Shown: positions 38,686 to 48,986, numbered from the stretch's first letter. The stretch: DNA of 64,000 nt from an uncultured Gammaproteobacteria bacterium (GCA_964362195.1 CAYICZ010000001.1:3486-67485), one strand, 5' to 3'. Notes: generated from the sequence alone by a model not told the origin. Numbers and translations: made by a program.

Positions 38686-38982
38686 TTAACGAATATATTG
38701 TATACTTTCAGGCTTTGAAAAACCAAGTTGAGCTGATTTTGAAGCAACGCTTATAAGTGAAGCGTTTTTTGCAATTTCATTTTCTAAAATTTGATTTTCT
38801 ATTAACAAGCTTTTTGACAGTTTAGATAAATTCTCAAACCTTTCTCCATATGCAACCATAGTGTTACTAACCCAAATTTCTATAGTAACTAATATAAACA
38901 GAGTTAGAATAATCAAAGCACCGTATTTTTTAGGATATGCTGGCTTTTTTTCTTCCGGCTCAAATTTTTTGATTATAGTCAT
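38686..38982 (-). CDS. ftsL: FtsL-like cell division protein (small bitopic, coiled coil)
   Basis: 98 aa with a TM helix and leucine-rich coiled coil, located between rsmH and ftsI. Confidence 0.55.
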   Translation of the reverse strand: MTIIKKFEPEEKKPAYPKKYGALIILTLFILVTIEIWVSNTMVAYGERFENLSKLSKSLLIENQILENEIAKNASLISVASKSAQLGFSKPESIQYIR

Positions 38983-39866
38983 ATTTTTTTAAAAACTCTC
39001 ATCTTGGCAGATCTGGATCTTGGATTTTGAATTATTTCAGAATCAGCAGGTATGATTGGCTTTTTACTCATAACTTTACCCATTCCTTCCTCTTCCCACT
39101 CTTTAAAAGTAAATTTAACGATCCGATCCTCAAGTGAATGAAAAGAAGTGACAATAATGCGACCATTTTTTTCTATTAATTCAAAAACCTCTTTTAATCC
39201 TTCCTTAAGCGCTCCTAATTCATCGTTTACAAATATCCTTAAAGCCTGAAACACTTTAGTGGCTGGGTGGATCTTTCCTGATCTCCCAATTGCTTTCTCA
39301 ATAACCTGAGCAAGCTCTAAAGTTGTCTCAAATCTCTTTACTTGACGGGAGCTGACAATAAAGTCAACCACACGCTTAGAATATTTTTCCTCACCCAGAT
39401 TTTTAAATATTTCATCTAGCTCCTTTCCTGATAAATTATTGACCAGATCCAATGCTTTAATTGCCAAAGTTGGATCCATTCTCATATCTAGTGGGCCCTC
39501 CTTCATAAAAGAAAAACCCCTTTGCGGAGTTTCAAGTTGCAAACTGGAAACCCCCAGATCAAATATTGCCCCAGCAAATTTTAGATCCTTAATGTCCGTT
39601 TGTTGATTTAATAAGTTCTTAATATCCCTAAAATTCCCGACAATTAATTTCCACTTATTTCTATCTATTTCTTCTATTTCAAACCTTTTTCGCACTCGCC
39701 CCAGGGCCTGCGGGTCTACGTCGATTCCGACTACTTTCCCTCCCCGCTTTATAATCTCTATCGTGTGCCCTCCGTCGCCTAATGTACAATCCAAGTACCA
39801 GGCATCTCGGATATTGAGTGCACCCAAACTTTCCTTTAAAAGAACGCTACTGTGATACCCCTCCAT
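38979..39866 (-). CDS. rsmH: 16S rRNA (cytosine1402-N4)-methyltransferase RsmH (MraW)
   Basis: GYHSSVLLKESL...DCTLGDGGHT...GIDVD is the RsmH SAM-binding signature. Confidence 0.9.
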   Translation of the reverse strand: MEGYHSSVLLKESLGALNIRDAWYLDCTLGDGGHTIEIIKRGGKVVGIDVDPQALGRVRKRFEIEEIDRNKWKLIVGNFRDIKNLLNQQTDIKDLKFAGAIFDLGVSSLQLETPQRGFSFMKEGPLDMRMDPTLAIKALDLVNNLSGKELDEIFKNLGEEKYSKRVVDFIVSSRQVKRFETTLELAQVIEKAIGRSGKIHPATKVFQALRIFVNDELGALKEGLKEVFELIEKNGRIIVTSFHSLEDRIVKFTFKEWEEEGMGKVMSKKPIIPADSEIIQNPRSRSAKMRVFKKI

Positions 39867-40251
39867 AAAGTCTCTCCGATTGCTTAATCCATTGATTTAA
39901 ATCCCAAACCTCAAAATGATCACCAGCACCTATAATCAGCACCTCTTTTTTTAAATTTAAACTTTCCATAAATTCCTGAGGCAAAATAAATCTTCCTTGG
40001 CCATCCAAAGTGCATTCCTCAGCTTTAGGAAAGAGTCTTAATCTCTTAAGCCTACCTTCTTCGCTGGAAATAGGGAATTCTAAAACACTATTTGTTAATT
40101 TAAGCCAATTTTTCGGATCAAATCCCCAAAATTCCCCATTTTCCCCCAAAAGTATATAAAACTTATCTTCAGTTAACTCTCTCCTGAATCTCTTCGGTAA
40201 AATTAGTCTATTCTTGCCACTGAAATAAGTTTTATAGCTACCCAAAAACAT
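39847..40251 (-). CDS. mraZ: Transcriptional regulator MraZ
   Basis: 134 aa beginning MFLGSYKTYFSGKNRLILPKRFRREL, with the duplicated MraZ fold. Confidence 0.85.
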   Translation of the reverse strand: MFLGSYKTYFSGKNRLILPKRFRRELTEDKFYILLGENGEFWGFDPKNWLKLTNSVLEFPISSEEGRLKRLRLFPKAEECTLDGQGRFILPQEFMESLNLKKEVLIIGAGDHFEVWDLNQWIKQSERLYGGVSQ

Positions 40252-40338
40252 ATATTTTGGGCAGAATCACCATCTATTACTATTTTCCGCCATTTTAATA
40301 TATTTTGTCAAGAGGGAAAATTAAGTGTGACGAGCAAT

Positions 40339-41232
40339 CTACTTCTTAGAAGTTAAAACTGCAAAGATGCCGGCACCGGAGGCTTTGGAGGTTAATTTGG
40401 ATCCTTCTATTTTTGTATCCAGCTCTTCCCAACTGCTTTCTGATTCATTATATCTATAAAGCTTGGCATCAGCAGGAGGATTTTCAGCCAGTTCCAGATT
40501 TACTGCCCCACCCTTCATATCCTTGGCAATAGGCACATTTAAAGCATAAACTTTACCCAAAACTTGCTTACCATTTGGCAATTTTGGCACTCCTGTTAAA
40601 TCATTAATAATAGAATATCCAATATTGGTTAATCCGGTCCTGTCAGCATCAACTTTGTAGATTAAATGGTTATCACCTGAGGTAAGCACTCCCAAGGCTA
40701 CATCCGGTCTTTGTAGATGCCATTGTGTACTCATCCTGTAGGCAGTATTACCTTTTTTGATATGCAGGGTAAGTGTGCCATTTTCTACTCCTTTATCATA
40801 TTTACAGACATTTTTAGAACAAGTCCCGAATAAAATTTCCTGTTCATACTCCCCCTTTTTCTCTTTTGTCTCAAGGCTTCCCACAACTCCTCTGTCTATT
40901 GCTCCTCCGGTTCCTCCTTCTTCATCAGTGACTTTACCTCCGTTTGTAACTGTTTGATCAGGGGTAGAAGTATATGCCAGTTCATAGGAAATTGCATCAT
41001 AAGATGAAGTTCTTTTTAAATTTAAAACCATGGCATTACCGTCGCGTCTGGGAAAAGTCAACGCGTAAGGTCCTTCTGCGTCAAAGGATAAATCAATTTC
41101 TAGAATTGGATTACTTGGCTTTGAAGAGATTTTTTGAAAAGCTAAGCTGATACCAGCTATAATTAAAACAATAATCACTGCTAAAATAGCAGTGACCTTA
41201 TGAACAGATAACCAACTTTTTAATTTTTCCAC
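40339..41232 (-). CDS. Hypothetical secreted or membrane-anchored protein (N-terminal TM/signal anchor, no recognisable domain)
   Basis: 297 aa with an N-terminal hydrophobic segment (VTAILAVIIVLIIAGISLAF), then a Gly/Thr-rich region (TNGGKVTDEEGGTGGAIDRG) and a Cys pair (CSKNVC). Confidence 0.45.
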   Translation of the reverse strand: MEKLKSWLSVHKVTAILAVIIVLIIAGISLAFQKISSKPSNPILEIDLSFDAEGPYALTFPRRDGNAMVLNLKRTSSYDAISYELAYTSTPDQTVTNGGKVTDEEGGTGGAIDRGVVGSLETKEKKGEYEQEILFGTCSKNVCKYDKGVENGTLTLHIKKGNTAYRMSTQWHLQRPDVALGVLTSGDNHLIYKVDADRTGLTNIGYSIINDLTGVPKLPNGKQVLGKVYALNVPIAKDMKGGAVNLELAENPPADAKLYRYNESESSWEELDTKIEGSKLTSKASGAGIFAVLTSKK

Positions 41233-42534
41233 TTACTTAATCATATCAGATAAATAAGTATTCAAGTCAACTATTTTAACTCTTTCCTGCTTAGCACTGT
41301 CTCTATCCCTGACAGTAACCATTTCATCATCTAGTGAATCAAAATCCACTGTTATACAAAAAGGAGTCCCAATCTCATCGGCAGAAGCGTATCTTTTACC
41401 AATATTCCCCCTATCATCCCAGGCCACCATAAATATAAGCTTTAAATCATCATAAATTTGCTTGGCTTTTTTAATTAACTCAGGCTTATTAGCAAGTAAA
41501 GGAAAAACAGCTGCTTTATATGGAGCTAGCTTAGGAGAAAGCTTTAAATAAACTCTTCCATTATCTTCAGTGTATGCATCTATTAATATAAATAAGGCAG
41601 ACCTATCCACTCCTGCTGAGGTTTCTATATCCCATGGTAAATATTGCTCTCCGGTTTCCGGATCTCTATAACTTAAGTCCTGGCCGGAGTATTTTTGATG
41701 GCGGGACAAGTCCCAATCACCCCTGTTATGTATACCCATAAACTCAGACCAACCAAATGGGGCATTATACTCTATATCTGTTGCAACTTTAGCATAATGA
41801 GCCCGTTCTTTCTCCTCATGATCCCTGAATCTTAAGTTCTCTTTTTTCATCCCCAGGTATAAATAAAAGTCCATCCTGTTCTGTTTCCAATATTCAAACC
41901 ACTTTTCCCCTTCTTTTTCATCATTCTTTATATAAAACTGAACTTCCATTTGTTCAAATTCTCTGGATCTGAAGGTAAAGTTCCCCGGAGTTATCTCATT
42001 TCGAAAAGCTTTTCCAATTTGAGCAATACCAAAAGGAATTCTGACTCTGGTTGAATCCAAAACGTTTTTAAAATTCACATGCACTCCATTGGTAATTTCT
42101 CCTCTAAGATAAATTTTTTGCTTAGGTTCAGTTACTCCTAAAAACGCTTCTACTAAAAGATTAAACTGTTTTTGCTCTGTCCATTCAACTTTATCCCCAT
42201 GAATCTTTGCATGTTCTTTAATTTGATCTTGATGATCTGCTCTGAATCTTTGATGACAGAGCTTACATTCAACCAGTGGATCAGAAAAAGCTTCCACATG
42301 ACCAGAGGCTTCCCAGGCCTTGGGATTCATCATGATTGCAGCATCAACCCCTACAATGTCTTCTCTCAGCTGCACCATGTCCTTCCACCAAAGATCTTTT
42401 AAATTCTTTTTTAGTAAAGCTCCGGCCGGACCATAATCCCAAGTTCCACTAAGTCCTCCATATATTTCAGATCCGGGATATATAAATCCCCGGCGTTTAC
42501 AAAGAGCCGTAATTTTTTGCATTAAATCATCCAT
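41233..42534 (-). CDS. glyQS: Glycyl-tRNA synthetase, dimeric alpha2 (GlyQS/archaeal-eukaryal) type
   Basis: MDDLMQKITALCKRRGFIYPGSEIYGGLSGTWDYGPAGALLKKNLKDLWW is the class II GlyRS alpha2 N-terminus. Confidence 0.85.
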   Translation of the reverse strand: MDDLMQKITALCKRRGFIYPGSEIYGGLSGTWDYGPAGALLKKNLKDLWWKDMVQLREDIVGVDAAIMMNPKAWEASGHVEAFSDPLVECKLCHQRFRADHQDQIKEHAKIHGDKVEWTEQKQFNLLVEAFLGVTEPKQKIYLRGEITNGVHVNFKNVLDSTRVRIPFGIAQIGKAFRNEITPGNFTFRSREFEQMEVQFYIKNDEKEGEKWFEYWKQNRMDFYLYLGMKKENLRFRDHEEKERAHYAKVATDIEYNAPFGWSEFMGIHNRGDWDLSRHQKYSGQDLSYRDPETGEQYLPWDIETSAGVDRSALFILIDAYTEDNGRVYLKLSPKLAPYKAAVFPLLANKPELIKKAKQIYDDLKLIFMVAWDDRGNIGKRYASADEIGTPFCITVDFDSLDDEMVTVRDRDSAKQERVKIVDLNTYLSDMIK

Positions 42535-43183
42535 GAATTTTTTTTAAAACCTGCCTTGATTTAAGTGATCCCTCTATCACTCTTTCTAAATGATATCTTA
42601 AAACATTCTCCAGTTCCATAGCCTGATTCTCATTAATATCCATTTTCTCAACCTCATCCCAAGACGTAATTATTAAATACCCTAGTAATTTCCCAGTTTG
42701 TGCTGACACCCCAAGGGTGGAGATATAGGTTTTGGAGCTAAAATCTATAAAACCTAAGACCGATAATATTTTAACTTCAAATGCTCTGATCAGAATTTGT
42801 CTGGGTTTTCGCTCCAGTCTTCTTAAAACCTCAACCAAATGTTCGTATAAATTTCTATTTTCCTGATTTTCAGCAGTGAGTTTATCAATTAGCTCAATTA
42901 TGTGATATGCATAAGTTGAAAGAGTCAAATCTGATTTTATTTTTTGAAAAGTATTTAAAGAGCTGGCCTCTGTTAAGATTAAAAAAGTCTTTGCAGGGTG
43001 GAGGTACATCGAAACCCGATTAAGCAACTCTACATTCCCAGACCTTCTGGAAGTAATTCTCCTGACTCCTTTTGCCAAAACAGAAATCTTGCCTTTTTGG
43101 AGGGAAAATACAGTTAAAATCCGATCCGCCTCCCCCAAATTCCTCCTCTTTAAAATAATCCCTTCTGTTTTAAATCCATGCAT
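42527..43183 (-). CDS. recO: DNA repair protein RecO
   Basis: MHGFKTEGIILKRRNLGEADRILTVFSLQKGKISVLAKGVRR is the RecO OB-fold N-terminus. 218 aa. Confidence 0.8.
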   Translation of the reverse strand: MHGFKTEGIILKRRNLGEADRILTVFSLQKGKISVLAKGVRRITSRRSGNVELLNRVSMYLHPAKTFLILTEASSLNTFQKIKSDLTLSTYAYHIIELIDKLTAENQENRNLYEHLVEVLRRLERKPRQILIRAFEVKILSVLGFIDFSSKTYISTLGVSAQTGKLLGYLIITSWDEVEKMDINENQAMELENVLRYHLERVIEGSLKSRQVLKKIHG

Positions 43184-45057
43184 TAGATCTTAAATTCAAA
43201 TTCTCTATCAGTATCCAGTTTAAAATCCATCTTTTGGGAGCCTTGAAGTTTAATTTTATACTCAAAATCTTTAGCTCCGGGCTGTTTTTGAATAAGCAGC
43301 TTGTACTCCCCTTTTGGCTGATAGGGGATTGTATATTCTATTTCCAGTTTTCTAGTGTTTTGCGGCCGCACTTGAACAAATGCTTCAAACACGGTTTTCC
43401 CCAAATCATCTTCTATTGTTGTCACAGCAACTTCTGAGCCTTTGGATGAGATTAATTTAGATCCAGCTGGCACATAAAACCTGACATAATCCCTGTTTAT
43501 CCCGTTTAACCAGACCCCAAATGGCTGGTCATTTTTATATTCGATAGTTATTTTTTTGCGGGTCTCAGTGTTTTTAATATTAATTTCCTGGGTTACAGTT
43601 TGTGTTACATACAAATTAGATTTTCCGCCGGCAAAATTAGAATCATTAATGTGCAGGAAGTCTCCGTTATAATTTTTGATTTCTCCCGTCCAATTTAAAG
43701 AAGCAAGTGCTTCTTGCAACTTTGGATCATGCATATAAAACATCACATGTTTATTATTTGCCAAAAGGGCAATTGTTTCAATTAACTGAGGAAGCTTTTC
43801 TACATCAGCCCCAACAGATTTTGCCAAAATCTGCTGCATTAATACACCTAGAACTGCTTTTCTATCTTTCTCTCCTTTAGCAGCAATCTCTGCATAATTT
43901 TCCAGCTCATATATCACATTCGGACAGCTACATCTTTTATCCATCTCTGCAGAGTATTTTGTTCCATATACATCTATTGGCCCCGTTACCTCAATTAGAT
44001 TTTCAACAACCTGGGTATCAATAAAAATTATTCCATCAAAAGGCAAACCTTCATCTAAAAGTTCATACATTTTTTCAAATTGCTTGGCAGAAGTAGGCAC
44101 ATCCGGTGATAGATTAGAATCCCTCATACTCCAGGCAGACCTGGCCTTACCAGACATTTCAGGCAAATACTTAACAATTGGTGCAGGAGGAGTTAAGGGA
44201 CAGACTTTTGTTAAACAAACATTAAGCAGTTTCTCGTCCAGTCTATAAATATCATCAGAGGTAGTGGCTGAAACCTGTCCATTATTTATAGTAAGAGTTG
44301 CATAAGCTGTCATAAAACCACCTGTTGCCCTGATCTCTTTATCGTTTTGAAATAAAAGTAAATAATTCTTAGGGGTAGGTATGCCTAAAGCTTGTGGCGC
44401 AACCATTAGAGCATTTCTACCGGAAGTCACGGCAATTGATGATCCTATTATAAAATTCTTAGCAACTTCTAAATTTTTCCTGATTGTTTTGCCTTGAAAA
44501 GTTTCAGGATATTTATTAACATCTATATTTTTAACATCATCTGCGGCTTTTTCAAAATTACTTTGCACTTTATCAAGATATGGCAAGCTTTTGTCTAAAA
44601 GCTTCACTACCTGAGTTACTCTATCAGGCCCGGTCTTTGGATGCCCGTCAAATCCCAGCTCTGCTTTACTACCTGATAAATTATTTAATATCCAGTCAAG
44701 AGCAATTAATTCCTCAACCCCAGCACCAGTGAATCCTTTTACATCTGAATAATAACCACCTGCTATTGGAATAACTTTAAGCCAGAATAGAAAATTAAGA
44801 GCCAAATTTGCTTTCTGCAAACCCATCTTTGTTGCACTTAATTCTTTTGTTAACTGATCAAAGTTTTGCTCCTTGTATGCATTAATTAGTGATTTTGCGT
44901 GAGATGAAGTTTCTTTAAGACCAAGATATATAAAAATTGAAGGAAGTACTAAAGCAACCGTCAAAATCAGCAAAATTACACTTATTCTTTTGAAACCCTT
45001 ATTAGATCTTTTTGATAATCTGAAAGTATTTATTCTATTTAAATTAGTAAGAGGCAT
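43183..45057 (-). CDS. DUF4012-domain membrane-anchored protein (family associated with cell-wall polysaccharide loci)
   Basis: N-terminal TM helix and the signature LLLFQNDKEIRATGGFMTAYA (the DUF4012 ExRxxGG motif). 624 aa. Confidence 0.7.
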   Translation of the reverse strand: MPLTNLNRINTFRLSKRSNKGFKRISVILLILTVALVLPSIFIYLGLKETSSHAKSLINAYKEQNFDQLTKELSATKMGLQKANLALNFLFWLKVIPIAGGYYSDVKGFTGAGVEELIALDWILNNLSGSKAELGFDGHPKTGPDRVTQVVKLLDKSLPYLDKVQSNFEKAADDVKNIDVNKYPETFQGKTIRKNLEVAKNFIIGSSIAVTSGRNALMVAPQALGIPTPKNYLLLFQNDKEIRATGGFMTAYATLTINNGQVSATTSDDIYRLDEKLLNVCLTKVCPLTPPAPIVKYLPEMSGKARSAWSMRDSNLSPDVPTSAKQFEKMYELLDEGLPFDGIIFIDTQVVENLIEVTGPIDVYGTKYSAEMDKRCSCPNVIYELENYAEIAAKGEKDRKAVLGVLMQQILAKSVGADVEKLPQLIETIALLANNKHVMFYMHDPKLQEALASLNWTGEIKNYNGDFLHINDSNFAGGKSNLYVTQTVTQEINIKNTETRKKITIEYKNDQPFGVWLNGINRDYVRFYVPAGSKLISSKGSEVAVTTIEDDLGKTVFEAFVQVRPQNTRKLEIEYTIPYQPKGEYKLLIQKQPGAKDFEYKIKLQGSQKMDFKLDTDREFEFKI

Positions 45058-45058
45058 A

Positions 45059-45688
45059 TTAAATGGCTCCTCTTCCGGATAAAATAGCAGGCACGGTCTT
45101 AAATATTATCCAAATATCATAAATGAGTGATCGTTTTTTCACATATTTTGCATCCATCTTCACTCTTTTATCAAAATTAATTTCAGATCTTCCTGAAACC
45201 TGCCAAAGGCCTGTTACTCCCGGCTTACCGGATAAAATAATCTTAACAAATTTTCTGGAAGTTGGATACTTTTTTTGCTGCTCTTCCAGCTCATAAGGAT
45301 AATAAGCCCTGGGTCCTACCAGGCTCATTTCTCCCTTTAATATATTAAAAAATTGAGGGAATTCGTCTATGGAAAATCTCCTGATAAACTTTCCTACTCT
45401 GGTTACTCTTGGATCATTGAATATTTTGTAGCTATTTTTCTTATACTCTTCTAAAAGTTTAGGATTATTTTCCAAAATCTCATGGGCATTTTGTACCATT
45501 GATCTAAATTTATAGATTTTAAATAAACTCCCCTTTCTCCCTGCTCTCATAGGCGTATCTGCTAAAACCGGTCCGGGAGAATCTAACTTAATGGCGAGCG
45601 CAACCAAAAAAAGTAAGGGAGAGAGAATAATTATTCCAATAATTGATCCAATTATATCAACCAGCCTTTTTAGAAAATCGTAGATCAT
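45059..45688 (-). CDS. Small monotopic phosphoglycosyl transferase (bacterial sugar transferase, PglC/WbaP-C-terminal-like)
   Basis: LKRLVDIIGSIIGIIILSPLLFLVALAIKLDSPGPVL ... FKIYKFRSM ... DEFPQFFNILKGEMSLVGPR are conserved PGT motifs. Confidence 0.8.
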   Translation of the reverse strand: MIYDFLKRLVDIIGSIIGIIILSPLLFLVALAIKLDSPGPVLADTPMRAGRKGSLFKIYKFRSMVQNAHEILENNPKLLEEYKKNSYKIFNDPRVTRVGKFIRRFSIDEFPQFFNILKGEMSLVGPRAYYPYELEEQQKKYPTSRKFVKIILSGKPGVTGLWQVSGRSEINFDKRVKMDAKYVKKRSLIYDIWIIFKTVPAILSGRGAI

Positions 45689-45690
45689 AA

Positions 45691-46701
45691 TTAATTAGTG
45701 TACAACATTGAAGCAACTGTTTGCTTGAAATTGTGGGCAAAAATTTGTTTGGAAAACTTAAGCGCATTTTCTTTGCAAGCATTCTCTTTAATTTGATTAA
45801 GTTTACCCAAAGTCTTAACTAAACTCTCTACAGTAGGATAGTCAAAGAAAAGGCCGGTTTTTCCTTCTATAATCGTTTCCAGTGCTCCCCCACCCCTAAA
45901 AGCCACCACTCCCTTACCTATTGCCTGAGCCTCCAGCGATACCAAGCCAAAGTCCTCCAGCCCTGGAATAATTAATGCTTTGCATCCTGAAAGTATTCTA
46001 ACAACCATTTCATCATCCAATCCCCCGCTTATAATCTTAAGTTCTACTCCTATTTTCATGCAAGCTTCCTTTGCAAGGTCAATTCTTTTATAGGAATTAT
46101 CCCTGGCAACTGTTAAAAAATATCCCCCATCAAAGCTTTCTATATCCTTAAATCTCTCTAGATCCACAAAGGGATAAACAACTTTTGAATCCTTTCTGTA
46201 AATTTTCTTTATTCTCCTCTTAGCATTTTCAGAACCTGCTAAAAAGTAGTCTACTCTATTTGCCGATATTTGATCATATAATCTTAATTTGGTCATTAAA
46301 ATCTCAGCAAATCCCAGATTTCCATATCCGGAAAAGTGCCATAAAAATCTGGGCGGAGTGTGACAGAAACATATATGCTTTGTTTCCGGTTTTGTAATAA
46401 TACTTTTGGCAAATCTGGTGGTATGAGAAATCACCAAATCAAAGTTGTCAAAGCTAAATTGCTCAAAAGCGATTGGGTAAAGCGGAAGGAGCGCTTTATA
46501 TAAAGATTTCCATCCGGGAATTTTTTCCAAAAAAGAAGTGATTATTTTTTTCTTGCCAAATCTTTTTACTAATTCTTTGTTATTTCTGTCAAAAACAGAT
46601 GTATAAATAGGCGCATCAGGATAAATCTGACAAATTCCTTCCAAAACTCTTTCCGCTCCCCCCCACTGGACTAAATCATCATGAACTATTGCGACACGCA
46701 T
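45691..46701 (-). CDS. Glycosyltransferase family 4
   Basis: GT-B fold with a C-terminal EDFGLVSLEAQAIGKGVVA (E-x7-E-like) motif. Confidence 0.75.
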   Translation of the reverse strand: MRVAIVHDDLVQWGGAERVLEGICQIYPDAPIYTSVFDRNNKELVKRFGKKKIITSFLEKIPGWKSLYKALLPLYPIAFEQFSFDNFDLVISHTTRFAKSIITKPETKHICFCHTPPRFLWHFSGYGNLGFAEILMTKLRLYDQISANRVDYFLAGSENAKRRIKKIYRKDSKVVYPFVDLERFKDIESFDGGYFLTVARDNSYKRIDLAKEACMKIGVELKIISGGLDDEMVVRILSGCKALIIPGLEDFGLVSLEAQAIGKGVVAFRGGGALETIIEGKTGLFFDYPTVESLVKTLGKLNQIKENACKENALKFSKQIFAHNFKQTVASMLYTN

Positions 46702-47795
46702 TTTTGATATACCTCCATTGTGCTCTGAGCTAATTTTTCCCAGCTAAATTGTTTCACCCTTTTTTGACCTTTTTCTATCAAATCTTTTCTTAATCCTTCA
46801 TCATTTAATACCTTATCTATCTTATTAACCATATCTTCCTTATCCCCCGGATCAAAATACAAACAAGCATCTCCTCCCACTTCTTTTAAAGACCCGGCAT
46901 TTGATGAAACAACCGAGCAATCACAACTCATTGCTTCCAGTAATGGAATACCAAACCCCTCTTCAAATGAAGGCATTACAAAACATCTGGCATTTCTATA
47001 TAAAGTCACTAACTCTTCATCAGATATAGCACCCGTATAAATAATATTTTTCTGCTGAAATTCTTTTTTGATCCTTTGCCAAAAATAATGATCAGATCCT
47101 GATAAAATTAAAGTTAAATCCTGATATTTTTTTTGCAAGACCAAAAAGGCCTTAATTAATCCTTCCACATTTTTATGCGGATGTGCATTTCCAACATAAA
47201 ATATGTAGGGGGATTTTATTTTTGAAACCTTTGGAAGAATTGCTAATAATTTATCATCCACTGCTTCCGGTGTAACAACTATTTTTTCTTCTACTACTCT
47301 CCATTCCTTAATCAATAAATCTTTTACATAGTTGGATGGCACCAAAATTTTTAAAGATTTATTTATTGCGTTTCTAAAAATAGCACCATAAGCAAGCTGT
47401 TTAATTTTATAAGTAATTGGATTAAGGGTTGTTGATCTTCTCATCTGAAAATGTTGATGAATTAAATCATGAATTGTTACAATAAATTTTCCCTGATAAG
47501 CAAAGCTTGCGGGCATTCGCCCTAAAAAAATCGGCACATTAAAATGTGGAAAATGCACCAAATCAACTTTTAGGGAGTTAAGCAGCTTAGGTAACTTAAT
47601 TTGTTCTGTAACTCCATACCAGCTGAAATCTGCTAAAATCTTTTTAAAATTTTTATTAAATGTTAAATTGTGAAAGTCGTTTTTGGAAAGAAGGATAAAA
47701 TATTCATTTTTGCCGTCAAGCTTATTAATTAAATTTCTAATATATCTGCCAATTCCTGATTCTTGATACATTCTGGCATCAATTGCAATTTTCAT
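46686..47795 (-). CDS. Glycosyltransferase family 4
   Basis: EEGFGIPLLEAMSCDCSVV is the GT4 EX7E motif. Confidence 0.8.
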   Translation of the reverse strand: MKIAIDARMYQESGIGRYIRNLINKLDGKNEYFILLSKNDFHNLTFNKNFKKILADFSWYGVTEQIKLPKLLNSLKVDLVHFPHFNVPIFLGRMPASFAYQGKFIVTIHDLIHQHFQMRRSTTLNPITYKIKQLAYGAIFRNAINKSLKILVPSNYVKDLLIKEWRVVEEKIVVTPEAVDDKLLAILPKVSKIKSPYIFYVGNAHPHKNVEGLIKAFLVLQKKYQDLTLILSGSDHYFWQRIKKEFQQKNIIYTGAISDEELVTLYRNARCFVMPSFEEGFGIPLLEAMSCDCSVVSSNAGSLKEVGGDACLYFDPGDKEDMVNKIDKVLNDEGLRKDLIEKGQKRVKQFSWEKLAQSTMEVYQKCVSQ

Positions 47796-48979
47796 ACTTT
47801 TCCTAAATCCTCATAAATATCAGACAATTTTTTAGCAATCGGATCCCAATCATATTTAGCCTTAACCATTTTTCTGGCATTTGCTGCTATTTTTTGATAA
47901 AGATTTTTATTATTGAGCAGCTCAATTGCTGCAGATGCAATATCATCCGGTTTGTTGCGAATAACAACTTCAACTCCATCTCTTGCATCAGTTCCTCCAA
48001 TACCAATACTGGTTGTTACAACAGGTAATCCGGAGGCAAATGCCTCAAAGTTTTTATATCTGGTTCCACCTCCACCATAAATAGGTGCAACTAAAACAGA
48101 TGCTTCTTGATACACTTCCCTAATGTCTTCAACTTCCTCAACCTTAATATCATCAATTGCTAAATTTGGGAAAAATTTTTGAGCTTCTTTTCCGATAATC
48201 CAGAGTTTAGCCAAAGGCAAGGCTTTTTTTATTCTGGGCCAAATCCCCCTCACCAATATATCTACTGCTTCCCTATTTTGTAACCATGTAAAGTTACCCA
48301 CATATAGTATAATTTGTTCCTTTACCCGGGCAGAAACGGACTTATTGAAATATATGCTATCCACTCCGTTTGGTACAATATCTACATCCAATTTAGGTAC
48401 TTCAGAAATCATTATTCTTCTGTCTTCCTCTGACATCGCTACAACTTTCGAAGCTATCTTCCAATATCGAAGTTCCCAATATTTCATCTTTGAAACGTCG
48501 AAATAAAACAACGGCTTCAACGCTAGATTACGCGACTCTTTTGCAAAATGCCTATAAACTAAATATTCTATTGTTTGTTCAACTAAAAGGATGGGAATAT
48601 TAGTCTTTGGAATATGCGGCATTACATAAAAAGTCTCTGCATGTATTAAATCAAACTTCTCCGAATTTAGTTTTTTTTCTATGGCTGATCTTTCTCCCTT
48701 AGCCCAATTTCTGATAACCAGGAATGGATAAAAAGAAAAACCAGTTTGTAAAATATTACTAAGCGTCCAGGGTTTTTCAGACCTGCTAAAAACCGAAACT
48801 TCCTCGCAAAATTTTTTAAGTTCCCCAACATATGCTCTTTCTTTCTCATTTTTAATTAGAGAGAATAAGGTAATCTTGTGCCCCAAGGAGGACAATCTTT
48901 TAATCAAATTATACGATCTTGTCTGTCCTCCGGTAAGTAAAGGATACGGTAAATATGGAGTAAGCATTAGGATTCTCAT
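47792..48979 (-). CDS. Glycosyltransferase family 4
   Basis: GT-B fold; C-terminal GGGGTRYKNFEAFASGLPVVTT. Confidence 0.75.
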   Translation of the reverse strand: MRILMLTPYLPYPLLTGGQTRSYNLIKRLSSLGHKITLFSLIKNEKERAYVGELKKFCEEVSVFSRSEKPWTLSNILQTGFSFYPFLVIRNWAKGERSAIEKKLNSEKFDLIHAETFYVMPHIPKTNIPILLVEQTIEYLVYRHFAKESRNLALKPLFYFDVSKMKYWELRYWKIASKVVAMSEEDRRIMISEVPKLDVDIVPNGVDSIYFNKSVSARVKEQIILYVGNFTWLQNREAVDILVRGIWPRIKKALPLAKLWIIGKEAQKFFPNLAIDDIKVEEVEDIREVYQEASVLVAPIYGGGGTRYKNFEAFASGLPVVTTSIGIGGTDARDGVEVVIRNKPDDIASAAIELLNNKNLYQKIAANARKMVKAKYDWDPIAKKLSDIYEDLGKV

Positions 48980-48986
48980 AAAAATT

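Noticed and set aside
40252-40338. dcw (mraZ) promoter with MraZ-binding GTG repeats.
   Set aside because: A TTGACA is present (minus strand, about 40306-40311), but no convincing -10 at proper spacing and no clear series of GTGGG-type MraZ boxes were found. It is left unannotated.
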